Source of the DNA: a virus
Lineage: Duplodnaviria > Caudoviricetes
DNA length: 24,054 nucleotides
Reading direction: 5' to 3' (one strand)
IMG/VR virus record: IMGVR_UViG_3300037222_000065
Coordinates: 1-24,054 of that record
Of the stretch, positions 15,805-23,589 are shown one piece after another. Below the pieces are notes generated by a model. That model did no database searches, was not told where the DNA came from, and worked only from the letters and a program-made list of their open reading frames with translations. Position numbers and translations under genes: made by a program. Position 1 is the first letter of the stretch, and each line of letters begins with the position of its first letter.

Positions 15805-15975
15805 ATGGAAGGATCGGAACTCAAAGCATTACGCAAAAAACTTAATCTGTCGCTCGCCCAGGCAAGCAGGCAGGTTGAGGTTTCCGTCTCGACTTGGTGC
15901 CGGTGGGAATCTGGCAAACAGAAAATTCCAGAGGGTGCGATGAAACTATTTAAGCTGCTGAACAAAATCAAATAA
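15805..15975 (+). CDS. Small XRE-family HTH regulator (56 aa)
   Basis: Not in the track. MEGSELKALRKKLNLSLAQASRQVEVSVSTWCRWESGKQKIP. Confidence 0.85.
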   Translation: MEGSELKALRKKLNLSLAQASRQVEVSVSTWCRWESGKQKIPEGAMKLFKLLNKIK

Positions 15976-15997
15976 CAACAGCAACACCACACACAAG

Positions 15998-16023
15998 GCC
16001 GTCCAGAATTGGGCGGCTTTTTT
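15998..16023 (+). terminator. Intrinsic terminator closing the moron
   Basis: GCCGTCCA-GAAT-TGGGCGGC followed by T6. Confidence 0.75.
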
Positions 16024-16052
16024 ATTGGAGAAAATATTTGGGAATTATATAG

Positions 16053-16502
16053 ATGACTACCATAAGAGAACTAGAAGGGCAATTACTGCGATGCGCTAAA
16101 GAGACAACTCAGGAAAAGGACGTGGATGGGAAATACGTGTTCAGAGATCCAGATGGCTCTATTCACATGTGGTCTAGTGAAGCAGAACATTGGGTATTTG
16201 AACGTGTTGATAAAGTTGCAGAATCGCACGGGATCAGCTTCTTGTGCCCCAAGGCATTCGCAAAGAATGGTGGGCCAAAGGGCACGCATTCCGTGTACGT
16301 GTTCTTCACAGGATCGCCCTACGCCGGCCACAATACTGCTGGGCAAGAGGTACGATGGCAGGTGGTCGGAGGTACGACGATTGACGATCTTGTATTAACG
16401 CCGTCAATTCAAGAACAAGATGAAGAATTGCCGCCTGAGCATCGGTGCAGTTGGCATGGCTTCGTAGGCTCAAGCGGCGTACCGCCCGGTTCTGCGGCAT
16501 AA
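16053..16502 (+). CDS. Putative Cys/His metal-binding protein (DUF6527-like)
   Basis: FLCP...H...W...DLVLTPSI...C.WHGFV motif set; family recognised by eye. Confidence 0.5.
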   Translation: MTTIRELEGQLLRCAKETTQEKDVDGKYVFRDPDGSIHMWSSEAEHWVFERVDKVAESHGISFLCPKAFAKNGGPKGTHSVYVFFTGSPYAGHNTAGQEVRWQVVGGTTIDDLVLTPSIQEQDEELPPEHRCSWHGFVGSSGVPPGSAA

Positions 16503-16509
16503 GGTAGTT

Positions 16510-17256
16510 ATGTATATAAATCCCAAATATTTGATCCTTCGGCGATTGCATGACCGCTTCAGCGAAGTCATCCCTGAATGGCAGGGCAAGACCGCCGTGC
16601 TGATCGGCGCCGGCGCCAGCCTCACCGCGATGCAGGTCGCCCAGGTGCATGCCGCGCATGTTGGCGGCAATGTCATGGCCGTCGCGATCAACGACTGTTA
16701 TTTATGGTGTGACTGGGCGGACGTGCATTACGCGGCGGATGCCAAGTGGCACAAGTGGCACACCGAAGGACTGGACAAACCGCTGCTCAGGATGACCGCC
16801 GCGCAGGTGCGCGAAGCATGGGCAACCTTCGCAGGGCAGAAATGCAGCATCCAGGACAGCATGGACGGCATCGCGGATGACACAGTGCACATCCTGCGCA
16901 ACAAGAGCTATCCGAACCACGCGCACGGACTATCGCGCGATCCGCAGGCATTGGGCACCGGCTGGCACAGCGGCTTCCAGGCGCTGAACCTCGCGATACT
17001 GGCAGGGGCGAAGACCATCATCCTGCTGGGCTTCGATGGCAAGCCGTCGCAGGAAGGCCGCACGCATTTTTTCGGCGAGCACCCAAGCCCGACCAACCCG
17101 GCGGTCTTCGAACAGATCCGCCGTTCTTTTTCGGCGGCGGAAAACGAGATCAAGGAATTGGGCGTGCGCGTGATCAACTGCTCGCCGGGAAGTGCGATCG
17201 ATTCGTTTGAGAAGATGGAATTGGGTGAAGCGCTTAGAAGCAGACGTAAGACGTAA
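16510..17256 (+). CDS. Maf/DUF115 (MptE-like) glycosyltransferase-like protein
   Basis: GKTAVLIGAGASL, AVAINDC, HYAAD, SGFQALNLAILAGAKTIILLGFD, VINCSPGS. Confidence 0.7.
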   Translation: MYINPKYLILRRLHDRFSEVIPEWQGKTAVLIGAGASLTAMQVAQVHAAHVGGNVMAVAINDCYLWCDWADVHYAADAKWHKWHTEGLDKPLLRMTAAQVREAWATFAGQKCSIQDSMDGIADDTVHILRNKSYPNHAHGLSRDPQALGTGWHSGFQALNLAILAGAKTIILLGFDGKPSQEGRTHFFGEHPSPTNPAVFEQIRRSFSAAENEIKELGVRVINCSPGSAIDSFEKMELGEALRSRRKT

Positions 17257-17277
17257 GTTGTTAAAAGGAAGAAAATC

Positions 17278-17568
17278 ATGGCAGAGATTAAAAAAATAGA
17301 CATCAAAGAATTTAGGGAACTCGGATTTTTACAGGAAATAAACCGCCTTTTTCTTCACCCTTTGGGCATGGCGCTAGAGGTGATACTTGAAGATGATGGA
17401 ACGGAAAAACTTGGTGGCATTTGGGACTATCGAGACGACCCAGAAGGAATGATTTACGGAGAAATGGACGACACAAGTAAATCTAAAATTGCTTTCTTCA
17501 AAGAATTTGCCGAAAGAAAGCACGCGGAGAGATTAAAGCGGCTTGGGTACATCATTCAAGAACCATAA
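17278..17568 (+). CDS. Hypothetical phage protein (AT-rich insert)
   Basis: SD AAGGA; IKEFRELGFLQEINRLFLHPLGMALEV..GGIWDYRDDPEG; codon usage differs from neighbours. Confidence 0.75.
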   Translation: MAEIKKIDIKEFRELGFLQEINRLFLHPLGMALEVILEDDGTEKLGGIWDYRDDPEGMIYGEMDDTSKSKIAFFKEFAERKHAERLKRLGYIIQEP

Positions 17569-17585
17569 TGACGCACGGGGAGCAC

Positions 17586-17666
17586 AACCCTCTCCCACCG
17601 GGGGAGGGCAGGGTAGGGGAGCGCTCCCTCACCTCAATCCTCTCCCGTAAGGAGAGGAAGCAAACG
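17586..17666. repeat. REP-like palindrome family A, copy 2 (long, paired form)
   Basis: AACCCTCTCCCACCGGGGGAGGGCAGGGTAGGGGAGCGCTCCCTCACCTCAATCCTCTCCCGTAAGGAGAGGAAGCAAACG. Confidence 0.9.
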
Positions 17667-17682
17667 TGAAAGGCATCACAAG

Positions 17683-18459
17683 TTGACGAAACGAATACGC
17701 GGCGGCAGCGGGCTGGGCGATTCGATCTACCTGCGCCCGCTGGTCGAGCAATTGATCGCGGACGGCGAACAGGTGACGGTCTGCTCCAATTATCCCGATG
17801 TGTTTATCGGCACCGGCGCGACGGTCGAGCCATTTGGGCGCAACAATATCCAGGTGCTGGCGCATTACACGGCAGGAAAGAGCGATCCGGCCACCAACCA
17901 GTGGCAGGACATCTGCCGCAGCGCGCGCATGACTGCCGAGCTGCGCTTCGCTTGGATCGTGCGCAACACCGCGTTGGCGGACAAACTGCGCACCCGCGCC
18001 TTCGGGCGCAAGATCATCCTGGTGCATGGCGGGCGCGCGCCGATGGGGCGCACTGACGGCTTCGGCGCGGAGTTGCTGCCGGACGCGCAGGCTTTTGACG
18101 CCGTGCTGCGCGAGTTGGGCGATTGCATGCTGGTGCGCATCGGCAATGGCGCGGAACTTTATCCGCTGCCCACCGAGATCAACCTGAACGGCAGCACCTC
18201 GGTATCCGACGTGCTCGATGTAGGCAGGATCTGCGACGGCGTGGTCGCGCAATGCTCGTTCGCGATACCGCTGGCCGAAGCGTTCGACAAGCCGCTGCTG
18301 ATCGTATGGGCCGCGCGCGGACTGGTTGCACGCGAAGCCTATGTCCGGCAGATCACCCCGCAAAAGGTATTGAGCAAGCCATCCTCGACGTTCGTGATGG
18401 ATGACTGGCCGATGGAACAGATACAGGAGACAGCACGGCAATGGCATCCCGGTTTATAA
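17683..18459 (+). CDS. GT-B glycosyltransferase, GT9/heptosyltransferase-like
   Basis: N-terminal GGSGLGDSIYLRPL; INLNGSTSVSDVLD..ICDGVVAQCSFAIPLAEAFDKPLLIVW. Confidence 0.7.
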   Translation: MTKRIRGGSGLGDSIYLRPLVEQLIADGEQVTVCSNYPDVFIGTGATVEPFGRNNIQVLAHYTAGKSDPATNQWQDICRSARMTAELRFAWIVRNTALADKLRTRAFGRKIILVHGGRAPMGRTDGFGAELLPDAQAFDAVLRELGDCMLVRIGNGAELYPLPTEINLNGSTSVSDVLDVGRICDGVVAQCSFAIPLAEAFDKPLLIVWAARGLVAREAYVRQITPQKVLSKPSSTFVMDDWPMEQIQETARQWHPGL

Positions 18460-19196
18460 ATTTCGAACAAGCTGCTGAAAGCCTGCGCGGCAAGTCGATT
18501 GCTGTGGTCGGCAGCGCGCCGTCGGTGCTGGACAATGCGCCGGGCTTCATCGATTCCCACGACATCGTGGTGAGGGTGAACAACTACAAGACCGGCGCGG
18601 CGCAGGGCACGCTCTGCGACGTACATTATAGTTTTTATGGTACGAGCATCCGCAAGCGCGCCGAAGACCTGCAAGCGGACGGCGTGCAACTGTGTATGTG
18701 CAAATGTCCGAACGCCAGGGCGCTGGAATCGGCATGGCATGAGGCCAACAACAAGATCAACGGCATCGACTTTCGCTACATCTACCACAACCGCAAGGAC
18801 TGGTGGTTCACCGATACATTTATCCCGTCAGTGGAGCATTTTCTGAGGGGATTCGAGCTGCTCGGCAAGCACATCCCGACCACCGGATTCTCCGCCATCC
18901 TCGACGTGCTGGCGTGCGAGCCCGGCAGCGTGTACCTGACCGGCTTCGATTTCTTCACCTCCGGGCTGCACAACGTGGATGAGGCATGGAAGCCGGGCAA
19001 CCCGAACGACCCGATCTGCCACCGCCCGGATCTGGAGATGGCATGGCTGCGCAAGAATCTGCACAAACATCCTGTCTCGTTTGATAAAAAACTGGGCGAT
19101 ATGCTGGTGCAGAACCCTCTCCCACCGGGGGAGGGCAGGGTGGGGGAGCGCTCCCTCACCTCAATCCTCTCCCGAGGGGAGAGGAGGCAAACGTGA
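18441..19196 (+). CDS. GT29 sialyltransferase-like protein
   Basis: Sialylmotif-L-like IAVVGSAPSVL..GFIDSHDIVVRVNN; S-like PTTGFSAILD..VYLTGFDFF; VS-like H..DLE. Confidence 0.72.
   Translation: MASRFINFEQAAESLRGKSIAVVGSAPSVLDNAPGFIDSHDIVVRVNNYKTGAAQGTLCDVHYSFYGTSIRKRAEDLQADGVQLCMCKCPNARALESAWHEANNKINGIDFRYIYHNRKDWWFTDTFIPSVEHFLRGFELLGKHIPTTGFSAILDVLACEPGSVYLTGFDFFTSGLHNVDEAWKPGNPNDPICHRPDLEMAWLRKNLHKHPVSFDKKLGDMLVQNPLPPGEGRVGERSLTSILSRGERRQT
19111..19193. repeat. REP-like palindrome family A, copy 3 (long form; forms the gene end, SD and GTG start)
   Basis: Near-identical to copy 2; ends GAGAGGAGGCAAAC-GTGA. Confidence 0.9.
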
Positions 19197-19747
19197 AAGA
19201 CGGAAACCCTTTATTTGAATACCATGGCGAACTGTTTCCGGAATACCTGAAACACGGTAACGCGATGCAATTCATCGCACCGGCGGCTCTGCAATTCTGC
19301 AAGGGCAACGGCCTCGATGTCGGCTGCAGCCAATGGCCGTTGCCTGGCGCTGCCGGGCATGACCTGAAAAATGGTACCGATGCAACCAACCTGCCGCCGG
19401 GCGAATGGGACTACATCTTTAGCTCGCATTGCCTCGAGCATGTGCTCGACCCGGTCACGGTGCTGGAGCACTGGAAGACGCGGTTGGTCAAGGGCGGCAC
19501 ACTGTTCCTGTATTTGCCGCACCCGGACATGACCTACTGGCGGCCGCAGCATTGCCGCAAGCATTTGCACCTGTTCTGGCCCGATGATGTCGCCGAGATG
19601 CTGCGCGCCCTCGGATTTGTAAACATCATCCACAGCGAGCGCGATCTCGCGTGGAGTTTTGCTGTCGTCGCGTTCAATGGAGCAGAACCCTCTCCCACCG
19701 GGGGAGGGCAGGGTGGGGGAGCAAACGTGAAAGACGAAAAACAATGA
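19193..19747 (+). CDS. Class I SAM-dependent methyltransferase
   Basis: GLDVGC, DYIFSSHCLEH, LVKGGTLFLYLP. Confidence 0.85.
   Translation: MKDGNPLFEYHGELFPEYLKHGNAMQFIAPAALQFCKGNGLDVGCSQWPLPGAAGHDLKNGTDATNLPPGEWDYIFSSHCLEHVLDPVTVLEHWKTRLVKGGTLFLYLPHPDMTYWRPQHCRKHLHLFWPDDVAEMLRALGFVNIIHSERDLAWSFAVVAFNGAEPSPTGGGQGGGANVKDEKQ
19684..19727. repeat. REP-like palindrome family A, copy 4 (in frame at the C-terminus)
   Basis: Encodes EPSPTGGGQGGGAN. Confidence 0.9.
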
Positions 19748-20298
19748 CGAACATGCACGACAAGATCGTCGCGCAGCACGGCCAGAAAATGCTGCGCAAG
19801 AGCGCAATGAATATTCGCGGTGGTGCTGGCGTATTCGAGCGCGTGCTGTCCGGCAAAGGGTATCGCACCGCACTGGAGATCGGCACCTATCGCGGCGTCT
19901 CTGCCGCAGAGATGTCGCAATACGTCGAGCGCGTGATCACCATCGACCTGCGCTACGGCAAGCTGGAATCGAATGGCGACAGCTTCGATCGCGCCATCTT
20001 CTGGTACGAACTGGACGCGAACAACATCGAATTGCAACTGGTGGACGACGACATCGAAAAGAAAGCGCTGATCGATGTGCTGGACTTCGATTTCGCCTTC
20101 ATCGACGGCGCGCATACCGGCGGCGCTATTGTGCGGGATTTCGAGATGGTGAAGCGCTGCGGAACGGTTCTGATTCACGACTACGACGACAACGGGCGCG
20201 GTCGGTTATTCAATGAGGCTTTCGATTTCGTCAACTCACTCCCGAAGGAACAAGTGCAAATATTCGATATCTTCGCGCTCTGGACAGCGCCATGCTGA
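19744..20298 (+). CDS. SAM-dependent O-methyltransferase (Methyltransf_24-like)
   Basis: ALEIGTYRGVSA, FDFAFIDGAH, VLIHDY; ATG at 19744 overlaps the upstream stop. Confidence 0.85.
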   Translation: MTNMHDKIVAQHGQKMLRKSAMNIRGGAGVFERVLSGKGYRTALEIGTYRGVSAAEMSQYVERVITIDLRYGKLESNGDSFDRAIFWYELDANNIELQLVDDDIEKKALIDVLDFDFAFIDGAHTGGAIVRDFEMVKRCGTVLIHDYDDNGRGRLFNEAFDFVNSLPKEQVQIFDIFALWTAPC

Positions 20299-20969
20299 AC
20301 GAGCGCATCCGGGCGAACGGCGATGAGGAGGCCATTGTCGGCGAGATCACCTTCGGGCCGTTTTCCAGCCCGCTGATGAAGGCGATCTTCAAGCGCTTCG
20401 GCAAGAAAGCGTTCGGGCGGTCGAGCGCGTGCGCTGAGTTCGAGAGCTTTCTTCACGCCATCGCTGACGAGCGAAGCGCGGAATTCGTCATGAAACGAGT
20501 GGGCAAGAAACCTCTCGGAGATTGCTGCCTTGAGATCGGCACCTTCCACGGTATCACCGCGATCATCCTGTCGCAGTTTTTCGACAAGGTGATCTGCGTC
20601 AGCGTTGACGAAATGCCGGTGATGAAGCGCGAGATTGTGGATTATCTCGGCATCAAGAATATCGCGTTCTACGATGCGAAGGACAACAAGGACAAGGCCG
20701 CGTTCATCAACGCCGCGAAGTTCGATTTCTGCTATCAGGACGGCGACCACACGCACGATACTTATAGCGATTTCGATCTGGTGAAGCGCTGCGGGCGCGT
20801 GCTGTTCCACGAATTTTGGCCGCTGCAAGCGCCGGTCTGGAACCTGGTCAACAGCCTGCCGCAGGACGAAGTTATTCATGCGCAATTCGATTGCCTCGCC
20901 TATTGGGAGAAGAACCCTCTCCCATCGGGGGAGGGCAGGGTGGGGGAGATAGGGTCGATCAATGGATAG
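20292..20969 (+). CDS. SAM-dependent O-methyltransferase, paralog of the preceding gene
   Basis: LEIGTFHGITA, FDFCYQDGDH, DFDLVKRCGRVLFHE. Confidence 0.8.
   Translation: MLNERIRANGDEEAIVGEITFGPFSSPLMKAIFKRFGKKAFGRSSACAEFESFLHAIADERSAEFVMKRVGKKPLGDCCLEIGTFHGITAIILSQFFDKVICVSVDEMPVMKREIVDYLGIKNIAFYDAKDNKDKAAFINAAKFDFCYQDGDHTHDTYSDFDLVKRCGRVLFHEFWPLQAPVWNLVNSLPQDEVIHAQFDCLAYWEKNPLPSGEGRVGEIGSING
20911..20948. repeat. REP-like palindrome family A, copy 5 (in frame at the C-terminus)
   Basis: AGAACCCTCTCCCATCGGGGGAGGGCAGGGTGGGGGAG; encodes NPLPSGEGRVGE. Confidence 0.9.
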
Positions 20970-22206
20970 GCTGATCAAGCGCCTAGACGCAACGCCTGAC
21001 GCCGACCTGATACTCTGTGCCGCGCATGGTATTGCGTACCAGGCCGACATGAAATCCGGCCGGGTGAAATACGACGCAAGCTATCTGGCCAAGGTCGACG
21101 CCTATGAGGGCGGCGCGATCGCGAAGGCCGTCAATGCCGGGCGCTGTGCCCTGCTGGGCAGACATCTGCAAATCCCCCTCAGTCCCCCTTTGGAAAAGGG
21201 GGAGAGCTTGCGAGGGGGCCAGCGCAGCGGAGGGGGATTTTCGGTGCTTGACGTGGGCTCCGGTTCGGGTGCGTTTGTCCGGGCGGCAAAGGCTGCCGGA
21301 TTCAATGCAAGCGGATGGGACGTTATTCCTGATGCCGTGGCAAGGTTGTTACAGGACGGGACGTATGCCGACGACCCCGCCACCTTCGACGCAGTGACCT
21401 TGTGGGATACGTTGGAGCACATGGAAGACCCGGAGCTGCGATTGCGCCAGGTGAGCAAGGGCGCGCTGCTGTTCGTGTCCATTCCGGTATTCGACGATCT
21501 TGGCAAGATCAGGGAATCAAAGCATTATCGTCCCGGCGAACACTTGTATTACTGGACCGCGCAGGGTTTCATCGACTGGATGTCGCTGTACGGGTTCCGC
21601 CTGCTGGAACAGAGCGATCACGAGACCGCGGCCGGACGCGAGAGCATCGGCGCGTTCGCCTTCTGTCGAGACCTGCCTGATTACGGGGAACACATTGTCG
21701 CTTATCGCGAAATTCACTCGACGCGGCACTATGGAAGCTCGGCAACAGATTTGCATTTGGCGCAGATCGCCAAGATGGTACAGACGTATGCACCAGCCTC
21801 GATACTGGATTACGGCTGCGGGCGCAGCGACCTCGCGGCGCACTTCTGGCTTGACGGCGCGCGCCGCATCGCGCGCTATGACCCGGCCATCCCGGCGTTC
21901 AAGACGATGCCAGACGGCCGGTTTGACATGGTGCTGGTCTGCGACGTGATGGAACACATCCCGATGGCCTCGGTCGATCGCGTACTGAAAGAGGTACACG
22001 AAAAAAGCAGCCTGGCACTGTTCACCATCAGCACCAAGCTGGCGCGCGCCAAATTGCCGGACGGCCGCAACGCCCATGTCACGTTGCTGACGAAAAGCGA
22101 ATGGATCAACTGGTTGGCGGACGAATTTGGCAAGGTAGAAGTGTTGCCATCCGAATGGGAACACGAACTTATTTTGCTTGCGGGTAGCAGTTCTCCCCCT
22201 TTGTAA
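20962..22206 (+). CDS. Two-domain class I SAM methyltransferase
   Basis: Domain 1 VLDVGSGSG/DAVTLWDTLEH; domain 2 ILDYGCGRS/DMVLVCDVMEH. Confidence 0.85.
   Translation: MDRLIKRLDATPDADLILCAAHGIAYQADMKSGRVKYDASYLAKVDAYEGGAIAKAVNAGRCALLGRHLQIPLSPPLEKGESLRGGQRSGGGFSVLDVGSGSGAFVRAAKAAGFNASGWDVIPDAVARLLQDGTYADDPATFDAVTLWDTLEHMEDPELRLRQVSKGALLFVSIPVFDDLGKIRESKHYRPGEHLYYWTAQGFIDWMSLYGFRLLEQSDHETAAGRESIGAFAFCRDLPDYGEHIVAYREIHSTRHYGSSATDLHLAQIAKMVQTYAPASILDYGCGRSDLAAHFWLDGARRIARYDPAIPAFKTMPDGRFDMVLVCDVMEHIPMASVDRVLKEVHEKSSLALFTISTKLARAKLPDGRNAHVTLLTKSEWINWLADEFGKVEVLPSEWEHELILLAGSSSPPL
21170..21240. repeat. REP-like palindrome family B, copy 2 (in frame, internal to the methyltransferase)
   Basis: Encodes QIPLSPPLEKGESLRGGQRSGGGF just before SAM motif I. 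Confidence 0.88.
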
Positions 22207-22227
22207 AAGGGGGACTGAGGGGGATTT
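22194..22227. repeat. REP-like palindrome family B, copy 3 (short)
   Basis: TCCCCCTTTGTAAAAGGGGGACTGAGGGGGATTT; contains the TAA of the methyltransferase and the G-rich SD of the next gene. Confidence 0.85.
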
Positions 22228-22229
22228 GA

Positions 22230-22583
22230 ATGAAAGCCGGAGCGTTGAACCACCTTATTACCCTGCAATCGCGCAGCACCAGCCAGGATGCCTCCGGTGG
22301 ACAACTGCTCACATGGTCCGACGTGACCACCGTGTGGGCCAATGTCAATCCGCTCAGCGGGCGAGAGTTGCTCGCCGCGCAGGCGGTGCAATCGTCCGTA
22401 TCGCACCGGATCACCATCCGTTACCAGACACAATTCGCCGATCCCAAAGTGATGGCGAAGATGCGCGCAACGATGGTCAAGGATGGCGTGACGCGCATTT
22501 TTAATATACACGCAGCGCGCGACGAAAACGAAGCGCGCCACAAAATCATCATGGATGCGGAAGAGGGAATCAACAATGGCTAG
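22230..22583 (+). CDS. Head closure / head-tail adaptor (SPP1 gp16-like)
   Basis: MKAGALNHLITLQ..QDASGG..W.DVTTVWANVNPLSGRELLAAQ..HRITIRY. Confidence 0.92.
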   Translation: MKAGALNHLITLQSRSTSQDASGGQLLTWSDVTTVWANVNPLSGRELLAAQAVQSSVSHRITIRYQTQFADPKVMAKMRATMVKDGVTRIFNIHAARDENEARHKIIMDAEEGINNG

Positions 22584-22743
22584 CGACTGCACGATCATGT
22601 TGAGGGTGAGCGTTGCATGGTGGGTGACGCCATATATTGCACTGACTAAGTTTGGCTTATGGATCGGGATGCCTTTGAATGTTGAGATTGTGCTGGAGGA
22701 TGTGCTGCGCGGCGTAATAATTGAGGAAGTGAAAAATGGCTAA
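22576..22743 (+). CDS. Small hypothetical protein
   Basis: Overlaps both neighbours; ATG at 22576; VSVAWWVTPY. Confidence 0.55.
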   Translation: MASDCTIMLRVSVAWWVTPYIALTKFGLWIGMPLNVEIVLEDVLRGVIIEEVKNG

Positions 22744-22996
22744 GATGAAATGTGGAACCGATGAATTCGATAGTGTTATGGCGAAGTTTTTGGGTTTGCC
22801 AAAAAACGTCAAGTGGTTTGAATTGCGCGTCAGTGTTGACGAAGTTGTGACCGTGAAATGCGCTTATTTCCCTGAAATCGAAGATACTGAATTGGTTGAG
22901 ATAACCAATCAGTTTGATGTGACGCGGATCATTGAACCGGAACAGGATATCACCACGCTGAACGATAAGTCTGCGGTGATTAAAAATGTCGGTTGA
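22736..22996 (+). CDS. Small hypothetical protein
   Basis: SD GAGGA; coupled to both neighbours. Confidence 0.6.
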   Translation: MAKMKCGTDEFDSVMAKFLGLPKNVKWFELRVSVDEVVTVKCAYFPEIEDTELVEITNQFDVTRIIEPEQDITTLNDKSAVIKNVG

Positions 22997-23468
22997 ACGC
23001 ATCGAAGGCTTGTCCGAACTGTCGCGCGCGCTGAAAGAATTGCCGCAGAACATCGGCAAGAACGTGTTGCGCGGCGCGGTGAATGCCGGAGCCACCGTCA
23101 TCCGCAAGCAAGCCGTGCTGAACGCGCCTGAATATCATGGCGACGTGTCGAAAGGACATCCGCCGCCAGGCACGTTGAAAAAATCCCTCTACCAGAAACA
23201 GATCCGCGAACAATCCGATTGGGCACACCAGGTGTTTTTTGTTGGCGTGCGGCAGGGACGGTCTGCCGGCAAAAAAGGCAGTTTTGCAAGATGGCTGCAT
23301 GATGCCTTTTATTGGTGGTGGGTTGAATTTGGCACATCAAAAATGCCCGCGCATCCGTTCCTGCGGCCCGCCTTCGAGACCAAAAAAATGGAAGCGGCCG
23401 AACGCATCAAGCAATATCTGACCGACCGGATTCCGGCCGAAGTCACCAAGCTAAATATTAAAAAATGA
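22986..23468 (+). CDS. HK97 gp10-like neck/tail-completion protein
   Basis: IEGLSELSRALKEL..LRGAV.AGA..GTLKKS..AFYWWWVEFGTSKMPAHPFLRPAF. Confidence 0.92.
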   Translation: MSVERIEGLSELSRALKELPQNIGKNVLRGAVNAGATVIRKQAVLNAPEYHGDVSKGHPPPGTLKKSLYQKQIREQSDWAHQVFFVGVRQGRSAGKKGSFARWLHDAFYWWWVEFGTSKMPAHPFLRPAFETKKMEAAERIKQYLTDRIPAEVTKLNIKK

Positions 23469-23481
23469 ATTTTCTACTATC

Positions 23482-23562
23482 AGAACCCTCTCCCACCGGG
23501 GGAGGGCAGGGTGGGGGAGCACCCTCACCTCAATCCTCTCCCGGCGGGAGAGGAAGCAAACG
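23482..23562. repeat. REP-like palindrome family A, copy 6 (long form, intergenic)
   Basis: AGAACCCTCTCCCACCGGGGGAGGGCAGGGTGGGGGAGCACCCTCACCTCAATCCTCTCCCGGCGGGAGAGGAAGCAAACG. Confidence 0.9.
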
Positions 23563-23589
23563 AAGCGCTGCGCGCAATAAAAACATATT

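Noticed and set aside
16510-22206. Cluster as a host LPS locus or Gtr-type seroconversion cassette
   Set aside because: It is coupled to phage neck genes on the same strand and lacks evident membrane proteins, flippase or polymerase; not excluded, but less likely.
5411-22598. Numerous long minus-strand ORFs (e.g. 7660-8637, 13213-14286, 20181-21050)
   Set aside because: These are antisense shadows of GC-rich plus-strand genes with no recognisable motifs.
13285-23562. Family A repeats as a CRISPR array
   Set aside because: Spacing is irregular (hundreds to thousands of bp), whole genes lie between copies, and there are no cas genes.
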